From positions 1,440,001 to 1,472,000 of the forward strand of contig NZ_AP012549.1 in the NCBI RefSeq assembly GCF_000829235.1: a stretch of DNA of 32,000 bases. Direction: 5' to 3'. Shown piece after piece: positions 1 through 11,279 of this stretch. The translations under genes were made by a program, and so were the position numbers. Every line of letters begins with the position of its first letter. The first letter of the stretch is position 1. The stretch is from a cyanobacterium endosymbiont of Epithemia turgida isolate EtSB Lake Yunoko. GTDB lineage: Bacteria; Cyanobacteriota; Cyanobacteriia; Cyanobacteriales; Microcystaceae. The notes below the pieces were generated by a model. The model did not search any database. It saw nothing but the letters and a program-made list of their open reading frames with translations, and was not told the origin of the DNA.

Positions 1-249
1 TCAAGTCCTGACTTTTGGTTTCTTTGGTGTTTTCCGTTTTGTGGCCTTGACAATTGACTGAAATCTATTCACTGAGTATAGGTAAGACAAAGAGGATTAT
101 GTTCTTATTTTAAGAATTAATAACTTTCTTTATCAAACGTTAGTGATAGCCAAAAGGGGTCAATTGATTTAAGACACAACATGTGGCACACACTAGCTAG
201 TTGTATGGTTGAGTGAAATTAGCGCACAAAACCAGATATTCTACTAAGT

Positions 250-1632
250 ATGACTGTTTCATATTCATGCACTAGTTCAACGATGCAACTTTCTAAAATC
301 TTAATTGCAAATCGCGGAGAGATCGCCTTACGAATTTTACACAGTTGTGAGGAACTAGGAATCGCCACGGTTGCTGTTCATTCCACTATAGACCGCCAGG
401 CACTTCACGTCCAACTTGCAGATGAAAGTGTTTGTATCGGTCCGCCATCGAGTAGCAAAAGCTATCTCAACATTCCTAATATTATTGCTGCTGCTCTCAC
501 GCGCAATGCCACTGCAATTCATCCAGGGTATGGTTTTTTAGCAGAAAATGCTAAATTTGCTGAAATTTGTGCAGATCATAAAATAAAGTTTATCGGACCA
601 AGTCCTGAAGCTATCCGATCAATGGGAGATAAATCTACCGCAAAAAAAACTATGCAGAAGGCAGGAGTTCCCACGATTCCTGGGAGTTGGGGAGTGATTG
701 ACACGGAGCAAGAAGCCTTAGCTATCGCCCGTGATATTGGTTATCCTGTCATCATAAAAGCCACTGCTGGAGGCGGGGGACGGGGAATGCGCTTAGTTCG
801 GGAAGATAAAGAATTTTCTCGTGCTTTCCAAGGGGCTAAGGGAGAAGCTGAGGCAGCATTTGGCAATGGAGGAGTATACATAGAAAAATTGATTGAACAA
901 CCCCGTCACATTGAATTTCAAATCCTGGCTGATAGTTATGGCAATGTGGTTCACTTGGGAGAAAGAGATTGTTCTATCCAGCGTCGTCATCAAAAACTAC
1001 TTGAAGAAGCTCCTAGTTCTTTTCTTAATTTTCAATTACGTACAAAAATGGGAAAAGTAGCTGTTAAAGTAGCAAAATGTATTAATTATATAGGGGCGGG
1101 AACGGTAGAATTCTTGGTGGATAAGCAGGGAAATTTTTACTTTATGGAGATGAACACCCGCATTCAGGTAGAACACCCTGTGACGGAAATGATCTCTGGG
1201 TTGGATTTAATTGCTGAACAAATTCGTATTTCCCAAGGGGAAAAACTCCGCTTTTCCCAAAATCAAATCAAATTTCAAGGTCACGCAATCGAGTGTCGTA
1301 TCAATGCTGAAGATCCTGACTGTAATTTTCGTCCTCATCCCGGTAAAATTAGTGCATATCTTCCTCCCGGAGGTCCTGGAGTACGGATGGATTCTCATGT
1401 TTATACAGATTATGAAATTTCTCCCTATTATGACTCTTTAATTGGTAAATTGATTGTCTGGGCTCCTGATAGGGAAATGGCAATTAAACGCATGAAACGG
1501 GCTTTAAAAGAATGTGCGATTACAGGAATTCCTACCACTATTCATTTTCATCAACGAATTTTAGAAACTTCCGCTTTTTTAGCTGGTGAAGTATACACTA
1601 ATTTTGTTGAGGAACATTTGCTAAACAAGTAA
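250..1632 (+). CDS. accC: Acetyl-CoA carboxylase, biotin carboxylase subunit
   Basis: 460-aa ORF. It has the N-terminal [11 protein letters not shown] block, the ATP-grasp glycine loop [12 protein letters not shown] and the catalytic block [14 protein letters not shown]. Family N-termini usually begin a few residues before [11 protein letters not shown], so the ATG at 283 (M12) is probably the true start rather than 250. Confidence 0.95.
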   Translation: MTVSYSCTSSTMQLSKILIANRGEIALRILHSCEELGIATVAVHSTIDRQALHVQLADESVCIGPPSSSKSYLNIPNIIAAALTRNATAIHPGYGFLAENAKFAEICADHKIKFIGPSPEAIRSMGDKSTAKKTMQKAGVPTIPGSWGVIDTEQEALAIARDIGYPVIIKATAGGGGRGMRLVREDKEFSRAFQGAKGEAEAAFGNGGVYIEKLIEQPRHIEFQILADSYGNVVHLGERDCSIQRRHQKLLEEAPSSFLNFQLRTKMGKVAVKVAKCINYIGAGTVEFLVDKQGNFYFMEMNTRIQVEHPVTEMISGLDLIAEQIRISQGEKLRFSQNQIKFQGHAIECRINAEDPDCNFRPHPGKISAYLPPGGPGVRMDSHVYTDYEISPYYDSLIGKLIVWAPDREMAIKRMKRALKECAITGIPTTIHFHQRILETSAFLAGEVYTNFVEEHLLNK

Positions 1633-3280
1633 ACTACCAAAAGTAAAGTTTACTGTTGAAATAACTAATATAATTTTAATTATGCTTGATTTGTTAGTTT
1701 CAATAAAATATTGAATAATATTTTTTAGTACTTGCTAGTAAATTCAAATACACTATAAATATTTAAATAAGAATTAATTATTAAAATAATTAATTCTTTA
1801 AGGGCAGAACGTTATTTTTAAAAAATTATGTATAAATCTTAGTTAAATAATTAGCTCTTCTGTTTAGATTAAATCTATTTTTGACGGATTTCACACTGTG
1901 ATGGATCATAAAGAATATTGTAATGTCAAACTTTTAACAAAACTTGTTGTAGAAATACTAAGTAATTTTGCTCCTGAAGAAAAAGCTATGAATAAAATAA
2001 GAGGTATTAAATATTTAATTCAATACCTCTTATCAAGGTAATTGGGTTATCTTCTTAGATTAAGAGGATTACAAATCCTAACTAAATTATTTTTAATTAT
2101 TTATACTACTTTCATTAAAACCTTAACTCTTATTTCCAATAAAAGTGATGTATTGAGAGTTAAAGAAGTAAGTGGAGAACACTCAACACAATGACAAGCT
2201 AGGATAAATTTATTTAGTATAAGGCACATCAAAAGATTGATGATTACAGTGCATGATGTTTTAACAGTTTAAATAAGTTTGTTTAGTTTTATTACTCCAG
2301 CTTGACCTTGCAAACTACTGCCACTAAAAATTTTATAAATTAATCTCTAAAATACTGCTCAAAAAATAGAATAATTTCCTTGGAGATTGACAGTTTATGA
2401 AAAAAGATAAAAGTGAATTAATTAAAATAATATTATTAAATAATAAAAAGTTATTTTTTGGTAATGTCGTTTGTATTTTAAGACAAAAACATATGTTTTA
2501 CTATTAGCAAATAAGAAAATAAAGATATAACAATATAATATTTATTCAGTTGAGGTTCAAAGCCACTAAACTAAATTGAAAATGTCAATATAGACTTGTA
2601 GATAATAATAAAAATATTCCAATTAAAATATCTTCTTAGTCTTAAATAATAGCGTATATATTTTACGTAATAAAATTGATTAATGAGGAGTTATGCTTTT
2701 GAATAAAGTCAAAAAATTTTCATTTCTAAATATATAAAAATATAACTAATTGAATCAATAAAAAAACTTTAATTAAGTAAATAAAGCTAAAAAAATGAGA
2801 AAAAAATATAGAATAGTAAAAAATATAATAAATTTTTAAACATATAAAGTAATAAACAGGTAAGTTAGCACTCTTTAACTTGTTATGAAAATTTAATCAA
2901 AAATAGTATGATTCTCTATAAATAAGTTAAATAAAAAAATTAAAACTCTATATTAATTTTAAAATTAGCTTATTCCTTAACTCACTTTTTTATCTGATAA
3001 ATAAAATTTTTACTACTTAATATTTATTTATTAAAATTTTAACTAAAAATCAAAAAAATAAATAAAGGGTTAGAAGCTATGAATATTAGTTCATTCATAA
3101 TACAAACTCAAAAAGTCTCAATTAATAGAATATTTAAATCTTTTATAAAAAAATATGTGACTTGATATTATACCAAATATAATATAAATATTTTTCTAAA
3201 AAATTTATCCTATTATCATTAATTAAATTTTATTTTTTTTATTTTGTTTAATTAATTTTCTTAAAATACGCATTAACTAT

Positions 3281-3322
3281 TAACAGAAAGATAATTTACC
3301 AATGTCTATTATCTTTCTGTTA
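3281..3322. repeat. Perfect 15-bp hairpin in desert 1
   Basis: taacagaaagataat (3281-3295) pairs with attatctttctgtta (3308-3322) around a 12-nt loop. Each arm has 3 G/C. Confidence 0.7.
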
Positions 3323-4323
3323 CATCCAGTTTTCTAAAGTAAGCTTACAAAAATTATCTAGTAATTTATAAAAATCAATTTTCTTTACTATACAATCAGC
3401 CTCCGTTTTAATCTATTAACAATATTTTTGTTTCAAAGAAGTTTACCTATTTAGACATTTATATATATTTTAAAATATTAATTATAAAAAAATATATAAA
3501 TATGAATATTTACAGCCTTTACCTGCTATGCTAACTAGCTTTTTAAAAATAAAATTATAATTTTATTTTCGATTAATTCTGATCCAAGTATAGATTTTAA
3601 AAACCCTATATTTATTTTGTATTTTTAATAGATTTAACTGAATTTTAAAATCTATTTATAATACTAATATTATATTTTCTATACTTAATAATCTGTCTGC
3701 TTATATGTACTGAAATTATATTTCAACAAAAATATATTTATTATTAACCTTTTTTTACATATTTTTGGGATCGATCTAAGATGTTATTTCTAGTTCTGTC
3801 TATATTTATTTGTCTATTCTCAGATATTAATATTAATTAGTGTAATACTTTTTGAAGTAGTTTATTACTTGAAAAAAGGGGTTTTTATTTTAAGTATTTA
3901 TCTTTAATATTTTTAACTATTTTCTTAATATAAGCAAAATTTATTTCTACAGCAGGAGCATTATTATAGTTTTTACTTTTTAGGTACTTTTCATCGTTAG
4001 GTTGAACTACAATACTGAGCTCAATAATTTTCTAGCCATTCTTATTTATCTAGATTTTTTTTGATCATGAGTGGGTTTTGACAAACAGATTTAGTATTGT
4101 CTCTTAGGGAATAAGACTACAAAAATAAGGGATATAAAAGTAGCCTTTGTTTTTATAGTCTCAAATTTTAACCTATAATCAATTCTAAATTCTTGTCAAA
4201 ATTATTATTTTTTTAGAAAAAATAATAAAATCTTAACCCCTTATTCCTAGGATCTATATCTATGATCGTTGGAGAGATCTTTACTCATCTCCAAAAACTT
4301 ATTTTGATAGTGCAGTATTTCCT

Positions 4324-5904
4324 ATGAATCAGCTACAACTCTGGCAACGTTATCAAAATTGGCTATATTATCACCAAAAATTAGGACTATATCTTGATAT
4401 TAGCCGAATGCGCTTTAGTGATGCCTTGGTTGATAGTCTCAAGCCTAAATTTGAGAAAGCCTTTCAGGATATGGAAGCTCTAGAAGCCGGGGCAATTGCC
4501 AATCCAGACGAAGGCCGCATGGTAGGTCACTATTGGCTACGCGCTCCGGAATTAGCACCCGATGAAAACATTAGAAAAGAAATTACTGAACCTCTCAAAG
4601 CTATTGCAGACTTCGTAACTAGAGTTCATAATGGAACTATTAAACCTCCTCTCGCTGATAAATTCACTGATGTTCTCTCTATTGGTATTGGTGGATCAGC
4701 CTTAGGACCCCAATTTGTAGCTGAAGCATTATCCCCCGATTTTCCTCCTATATCCATTCACTTTATTGATAATAATGATCCAGCAGGCATTGATCGCATC
4801 TTAACTCGTTTAGGTGATCGTCTCAAAAGTACTCTAGTTCTGATAACCACTAAGTCTGGGGGAACTCCCGAAACCCGTAACGGGATGTTAGAAGTCAAAG
4901 CCGCTTACGAAGCTAAAGGTTTAGCCTTTGCCCCTCATGCGGTTGCCATTACCATGCCAGGAAGTAAAATGGATAAGATAGCCCGGGATTGGTTAGCCCG
5001 TTTTCCCATGCAAGATTGGGTGGGCGGACGAACCTCCGAACTTTCTGCCGTAGGGTTGTTACCCGCCGCATTGCAGGGTATTAATATCCAAGAGATGTTG
5101 AGCGGAGCTAAGGAAATGGACGAAGCAACTAGGGTCAAAGACCTTAAAACTAATCCCTCAGCGTTATTAGCCTTAGCTTGGTATTATTCGGGCAATGGAA
5201 AGGGAGAAAAAGATATGGTTATTCTTCCCTATAAAGACAGTTTGCTGTTGTTTAGTCGCTATTTACAGCAGTTAGTCATGGAGTCTTTAGGAAAAGAAAA
5301 AGACCTTAATGGCAACACAGTCTATCAGGGTATTGCAGTCTATGGAAATAAAGGGTCAACAGATCAACATGCTTATGTTCAGCAATTGCGTGAAGGAGTT
5401 CCTAATTTCTTTGCCACCTTTATTGAAGTATTAGAGGACCGTCAAGGATCGTCCATTGAGGTAGATCCCGGAATCACTTCTGGAGACTATCTATCCGGGT
5501 TCATACAAGGAACTAGACAGGCATTATATGAGAATAACCGTGATTCGGTAACTATTACCATTCCTCAAGTGAATCCTCGTACTGTTGGGGCTTTAATTGC
5601 GATGTATGAACGTACTGTTAGTTTTTATGGCTTGTTAGTTAATGTTAACGCCTATCATCAACCTGGGGTAGAAGCAGGTAAGAAGATGGCTTCTTCTATT
5701 TTATCTTTACAAGCTGAAGTTCAAAAGGCGATTAAGGATTCTGTTGGAACTTTAGATATAGCCACGTTAGCAACGAAAGCAGGGTTTCCTGATGCAGTCG
5801 AAGAAGTCTACAAAATTGTACGTCATTTAGCCGCCAATGGACGAGGAGTTATTCTGGAAGGGGATATGGGAAACCCTTCAAATCTCAGAGTTTCTGCTGG
5901 CTAG
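4324..5904 (+). CDS. pgi: Glucose-6-phosphate isomerase (cyanobacterial/plant-type, about 526 aa)
   Basis: Full-length ORF with an ATG start. It carries PGI family blocks: [35 protein letters not shown] and [12 protein letters not shown]. Confidence 0.95.
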   Translation: MNQLQLWQRYQNWLYYHQKLGLYLDISRMRFSDALVDSLKPKFEKAFQDMEALEAGAIANPDEGRMVGHYWLRAPELAPDENIRKEITEPLKAIADFVTRVHNGTIKPPLADKFTDVLSIGIGGSALGPQFVAEALSPDFPPISIHFIDNNDPAGIDRILTRLGDRLKSTLVLITTKSGGTPETRNGMLEVKAAYEAKGLAFAPHAVAITMPGSKMDKIARDWLARFPMQDWVGGRTSELSAVGLLPAALQGINIQEMLSGAKEMDEATRVKDLKTNPSALLALAWYYSGNGKGEKDMVILPYKDSLLLFSRYLQQLVMESLGKEKDLNGNTVYQGIAVYGNKGSTDQHAYVQQLREGVPNFFATFIEVLEDRQGSSIEVDPGITSGDYLSGFIQGTRQALYENNRDSVTITIPQVNPRTVGALIAMYERTVSFYGLLVNVNAYHQPGVEAGKKMASSILSLQAEVQKAIKDSVGTLDIATLATKAGFPDAVEEVYKIVRHLAANGRGVILEGDMGNPSNLRVSAG

Positions 5905-5962
5905 CTAAGCTACCGAGACGTACCACATTATAGTGGAGTGAAATATTTATGACGTAGTGAAA

Positions 5963-6020
5963 AAAAGGAATATACGCTATCAGTAGTATAAGTAGTGTAT
6001 ATTCCTTTTGTCGTTTTATT
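5963..6020 (+). terminator. Rho-independent terminator candidate downstream of pgi
   Basis: Perfect 13-bp stem, aaaaggaatatac (5963-5975) pairing with gtatattcctttt (5997-6009), and a 21-nt loop. A T-rich tract gtcgttttatttg follows. It lies 59 nt after the pgi stop. Confidence 0.6.
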
Positions 6021-6097
6021 TGATGATAAATATCAAATAAAATTTAGTAAGTTAACTGTACTATCCCTTGGTTAATCTATCTGCTCTGAAAAAGAAC

Positions 6098-6134
6098 TTG
6101 ACAAATTCCCGTCGACCCCTGTTATACTTATAAA
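6098..6134 (+). promoter_or_regulatory. Candidate promoter for tRNA-Gln
   Basis: TTGACA at 6098-6103, TATACT at 6123-6128 (19-nt spacer, suboptimal) and TATAAA at 6129-6134, 11 nt upstream of the mature tRNA 5' end. Which -10 box is used cannot be resolved from sequence. Confidence 0.35.
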
Positions 6135-6145
6135 GGCATAAATGT

Positions 6146-6217
6146 TGGGGTGTCGCCAAGTGGTAAGGCAGCGGGTTTTGGTCTCGCCATTCCTAGGTTC
6201 GAATCCTAGCACCCCAG
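6146..6217 (+). tRNA. trnQ: tRNA-Gln (anticodon UUG)
   Basis: Hand-folded cloverleaf. The 7-bp acceptor stem tggggtg/cacccca has the U1:A72 pair. The D-arm is gcc-aagtggtaa-ggc. The anticodon stem gcggg/ctcgc carries loop ttTTGgt. The T-arm is ctagg-ttcgaat-cctag and the discriminator is G. It is close to E. coli tRNA-Gln as I recall it. CCA is not encoded. Confidence 0.9.
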
Positions 6218-7474
6218 TTGAGTGAACAAGAACTCCATAGCTATTCCTTATTGTTTAAATGACTTTTACGAGTCTGGAAAAAAGACAATTAATCTAAGAC
6301 TGTTTTAAATCAAAGGACAAAGTTTACTTCTTGTTCACTAATTTCTTGAATGTAAAATCATGTCTTATTCTCGAGTTAATACAGCAAACTTAGTACTTAT
6401 TGAAGTTTTGTTTTTAATTCCTATGCTTACTCTATTTTTAATTTGATTCAACTCCATAGTAGATTTTATTTTATGCCAGAACTAGCTTGGTCCAAAAACA
6501 AAGATTTGGATTATAGGCAAGATTGAATAATCGTTATTTAATGCCTTTGATTATTGACTGAGATAATAGCTTAAAGAAAAATAAAAAATAAAAAATTGAG
6601 TAAATCTCGATAACTGTAAACCAGATTTATTTTCATTGAGTAGTTATACTCAATTTTTAGGAAAGGAACTGATTGAGAGAACTGGTAGTTTATATGACAA
6701 AGTTAAAACTCTTATTGGTTGTCCCTTTTGTTGTAGTTTTTTATTAACTAAAAACGGATCTGATTTTTAATTTTAGTAATCAGATAGTTTCAATACTATG
6801 GTAAATTAATTGAGAACAACTTTATAAAAATTTTGTAAACTTTACGGAAATGGAAGAAAGAGATAAAATTCTAAAAATAGCTAAAAATAAAGTTTTTATC
6901 GATAGATATAGAAAAATATATTGTCTTTCTAGAGACAACATATTTTGGTTTAAAAGTAATTCTTATTAAGAGACTTTTATTTAGATAATTATTGACAATT
7001 TACTTTTAAATAAAACAATAATTTAATTATATTTATCTCTCTTGTTTTTTGTTTTTTTTATCACGTAACTCCCTCTCGATCAATTAGGAGTAACTGTAAT
7101 GTTAAGATTGACATTTCTTGGAAAATCGTGGGTCCAAAGAACAAATAGTTGAGGTATGATATATTAAGCTGTTTGCAAGTACATAACTTTTAAGGTGATG
7201 AAGAGACTGGTTTAATGTCCTAGCTCCGCAACCTTAATCTTTGATAATCACCGCTAGAAAAGCTAAACGTACAAGGCTAAACGGTCAAGATCAAATTAGA
7301 AATTAAATAGGGTAGGACACATCCAAATTTACGCTTGGGGAGTAGTCCATCAGAGTGCTTACTGTAAAAAGTGGAGTCGGACTAGACATGAAACTGTAAG
7401 ACCAAAGCTGGCAATGCCGCTATAGGCAAGATTCAGCCCAAGAATCCACTCTAACTTAGTCAGTGGAGTGTCAA

Positions 7475-7552
7475 GGCTAGGGGTGTCTGTTTTAACCAGA
7501 CTGAGAGGGACCCTTAGAACCTAATACCGGGTAATGCCGACGTAGGGAAGCT
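7475..7552 (+). promoter_or_regulatory. TPP (thiamine pyrophosphate, THI-box) riboswitch in the thiC leader
   Basis: All conserved aptamer blocks occur in the canonical order: GGGGTG (7480-7485), a short P3 hairpin tctg..caga, CTGAGA (7501-7506), GGGACCC, GAACCTAATACCGGGTAATGCCGACGTAGGGAAG. The element ends 19 nt before the thiC ATG. An AAGG Shine-Dalgarno-like element at 7560-7563 is complementary to ccctta inside the aptamer, so translational control is possible. Confidence 0.85.
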
Positions 7553-7561
7553 GTTTCTTAA

Positions 7562-8953
<1,392 letters not shown>

Positions 8954-8956
8954 GAT

Positions 8957-8988
8957 TGTTAGGGGTCAACAGCTCTTGGTCCCTAACA
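8957..8988 (+). terminator. Hairpin immediately after the thiC stop (weak terminator candidate)
   Basis: 8-bp stem tgttaggg/ccctaaca with a 16-nt loop, starting 4 nt after the stop. It is followed by an A-run rather than a T-run, so it is atypical for an intrinsic terminator. Confidence 0.3.
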
Positions 8989-10544
8989 AAAATCGGAATT
9001 TAAAATAATATTTATCGATCTCTTTAAATAAAAAATTTGAGAAGATTCTGATTAAACTGATGACATGAAAAAACGAAGATCCTAGGGTAATCATTAACCT
9101 CAGCGATATTTTTCTCAAATGTAAGTTCAATTTTAGATGGTTGTTGACATCATCGTGTTTTAACTTAGGTATTTAGAATAATAACCGTAATAGATATTTC
9201 TTTTGGTATATGATTAATATCACTCTGTAAATATCGTAGAGCCACATTAGACTTTTGGGTAACTTTACTAACTTAGCTAGTTATAATGCGAATTCAGAGC
9301 GCAACTAAGAGCTCCATCAAATATGTGATTGTTAGTCTGATTAACATGAATAATATTACTGCAGCGTTTAAGCATTCGTTTGAAAGCTTCAGCAAGAGAT
9401 ATTTATAGTTCTGAGTAATTGACATTAAACAGTTTCAAGCAAAGGCTATTATCTAAGGAAACTTAAATAAGTGTACTATAAAAAATAGTTAAAAACGAGC
9501 TACTTTGAGATATCAGTCAACCTCAAATTAGGCTAACTTACTTCAATGAGTAAATACCATAAAATTTGACTCATAATTCCAAAATTATTTCCAATAAATT
9601 CAGCCTAAGTAAAACTTTTATTAAGTAATTATCTATGGTAAAAAAAAGAAAATATTAAATCTAATAGTGTGGAAAATATTTTAAATAAAAACTTATAATA
9701 ATTTTAGTTTTATAGGATAAAACTATATTATTTGCCAAGATAGTTTAACGAAACTATTCTTAAATAAACTACCGACAACAAGTATGCATTAAATTTATAT
9801 GAATTTTATTTAAATCAATTTAATCTCTAAATTTAATTAATTTTAAATACTTATTTAAAATTAATTACTTATTTTTGTAAATTAACTTCTTAGGCTTATT
9901 CTTTTTTGTATAAACTTCTTATTTAGTAGAAAAGTACTGAATTTAATTATAAAAATTAACTTACAAAAATACAACAATAATCTAGATAAAAATATAATTA
10001 GAAAATTTAATGTTCTTTTACATATTAGTCTATTTAAACTCAAAATGCACATAGAAAGTAAAAATAATAATTTTTTTCAAAAATATTCAAAGGATCAACT
10101 CTTAAAAAGATTGCACCAGCTATAAGTATAAATTACGCTTGCAGTAAGAAAGTCTTCGAAAAATAGAATATTTCAAGAAAAATAAGAATAAAAAATGGCA
10201 TAATAAAGGATAAGATATTTTTGTCAAAGTCCGATATAAAAACTTTAAAAAACAAAGTCTTTTTAACAAGAAAATCTTAAAAAGAAGAGATTAGAAAACT
10301 TAAGTAGATATATATTTTCTTTATAAATTTAGAGTAATATTAGAATTATTAAAAATAAAAGTCTTCAATTATTTTAAGAAAAAAACAACTGCTATAGTAA
10401 GCCAAGGTAGTAGATGATTGTATATCTATGGGGTTTTTAAACCAACAATAAAAAAATCTTATGTAACTAAAATACAAAAATAAATAAAAAATAGCTCAAT
10501 TTAGTTTATGCACTTATTATTGATGGAAAAGAAACAATTACCAA

Positions 10545-11114
10545 TTATTTAAATTCCTGTCGTCCTTCTAAGGCCCGTGTTAAAGTCATTTCATCAGCGT
10601 ATTCTAAGTCCCCTCCTATCGGCAATCCAAAGGCAATCCGCGTAACTTTTGTAAAAGGTTTGAGGAGTTGACCAACATAGAGAGTGGTAGTTTCTCCTTC
10701 CACGGTAGGACTAAGAGCTATAATCACTTCCTTCACTTTATCTTGGCTAACTCGTCTAACGAGGGGTTGAATGTATAATTGTTCAGGTCCAATACCATCC
10801 ATTGGAGATATAACACCCCCTAAAACATGATATTTACCTTTATATTCTCTAGTTTTTTCTAAGGCAATCACATCACAAGAATCAGCCGTCACACAGATGA
10901 CTTGGAAATCTCGGTGAGGATTACGACAAATTTCGCAGATAGGGTCCGCAGAAATATGAAAACAAACTTGACATAGTCCAACTTTCTCTTTTGCTTCAAT
11001 TAAAGCATTGGCTAAGGTTCTAATTTCCGTTTCTGGGCGTTTGAGAATATGCAAGGCAAGTCTTTGGGCAGTTTTGGGTCCAACTCCTGGTAAATGTCGT
11101 AATTGCTCAATCAA
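10545..11114 (-). CDS. recR: Recombination protein RecR
   Basis: HhH block [15 protein letters not shown], the C4 zinc finger [16 protein letters not shown] and a Toprim region. The called start is a TTG. The conserved N-terminal segment YTPPLAR continues in frame upstream to 11141, where only ATA and ATT codons are available (see finding). Confidence 0.9.
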   Translation of the reverse strand: MIEQLRHLPGVGPKTAQRLALHILKRPETEIRTLANALIEAKEKVGLCQVCFHISADPICEICRNPHRDFQVICVTADSCDVIALEKTREYKGKYHVLGGVISPMDGIGPEQLYIQPLVRRVSQDKVKEVIIALSPTVEGETTTLYVGQLLKPFTKVTRIAFGLPIGGDLEYADEMTLTRALEGRQEFK

Positions 11115-11279
11115 ACGTGCAAGAGGCGGAGTGTATATAATAGTCTAATACCCTCTAAATATTAACTTACGTCTCCTATTATATTAATGTCAATTGGGTT
11201 AAGTGATTAAGTAAAAATAAAGTTTAGGTAAAAGAATTGGATGAGCTTTCCTAGCCCAATGATGACTATAATTTTACAT

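Noticed and set aside
1-57. Frame-1 open from the window edge to a TGA at 55-57 (SSPDFWFLWCFPFCGLDN*): possible 3' end of an upstream gene
   Set aside because: Only 18 codons are visible and there is no motif. A call cannot be supported.
793-1441. ORFs 793-993(-), 1207-1398(-) and 1211-1441(+) inside accC
   Set aside because: These are shadow or alternative-frame ORFs fully nested in a well-supported gene. Their sequences are low-complexity and carry no motifs.
4935-5138. ORF 4935-5138(-) inside pgi, and likewise 7750-7932(-) inside thiC
   Set aside because: Antisense shadow ORFs within confidently identified genes.
6771-6798. Hairpin atctgatt...aatcagat shares the core atctgatt/aatcagat with the 18-bp inverted repeat at 26047-26118, hinting at a repeat family
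   Set aside because: Only an 8-nt core is shared, the flanks differ and I found no further copies. This is insufficient to define a family.
6512-7433. Exact 13-mer tataggcaagatt occurs at 6512-6524 and 7421-7433
   Set aside because: The flanks do not align. A single 13-mer coincidence is expected by chance among all position pairs in a 32-kb AT-biased window.
9277-9402. GC-richer island in desert 3 with a 41-codon open frame on the minus strand (ISLAEAFKRMLKRCSNIIHVNQTNNHIFDGALSCALNSHYN*)
   Set aside because: It looks protein-like, but I recognise no family, it has no convincing start and it is short. It can only be mentioned as a target for blastx.
9668-9676. Exact cyanobacterial-type DnaA box (TTTTCCACA, here as tgtggaaaa), with near-matches at 25625, 26666 and 27160: possible oriC
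   Set aside because: The boxes are single and scattered over 17 kb. They are not clustered, and no dnaA or dnaN lies nearby.
9834-9867. 15-bp perfect hairpin taattaattttaaat/atttaaaattaatta, and similar AT-only palindromes at 1769-1798, 4202-4228 and 26476-26517 (18 bp)
   Set aside because: The arms are (almost) pure A/T. In near two-letter sequence, the chance of complementarity is about 0.5 per position, so such palindromes are expected without function.
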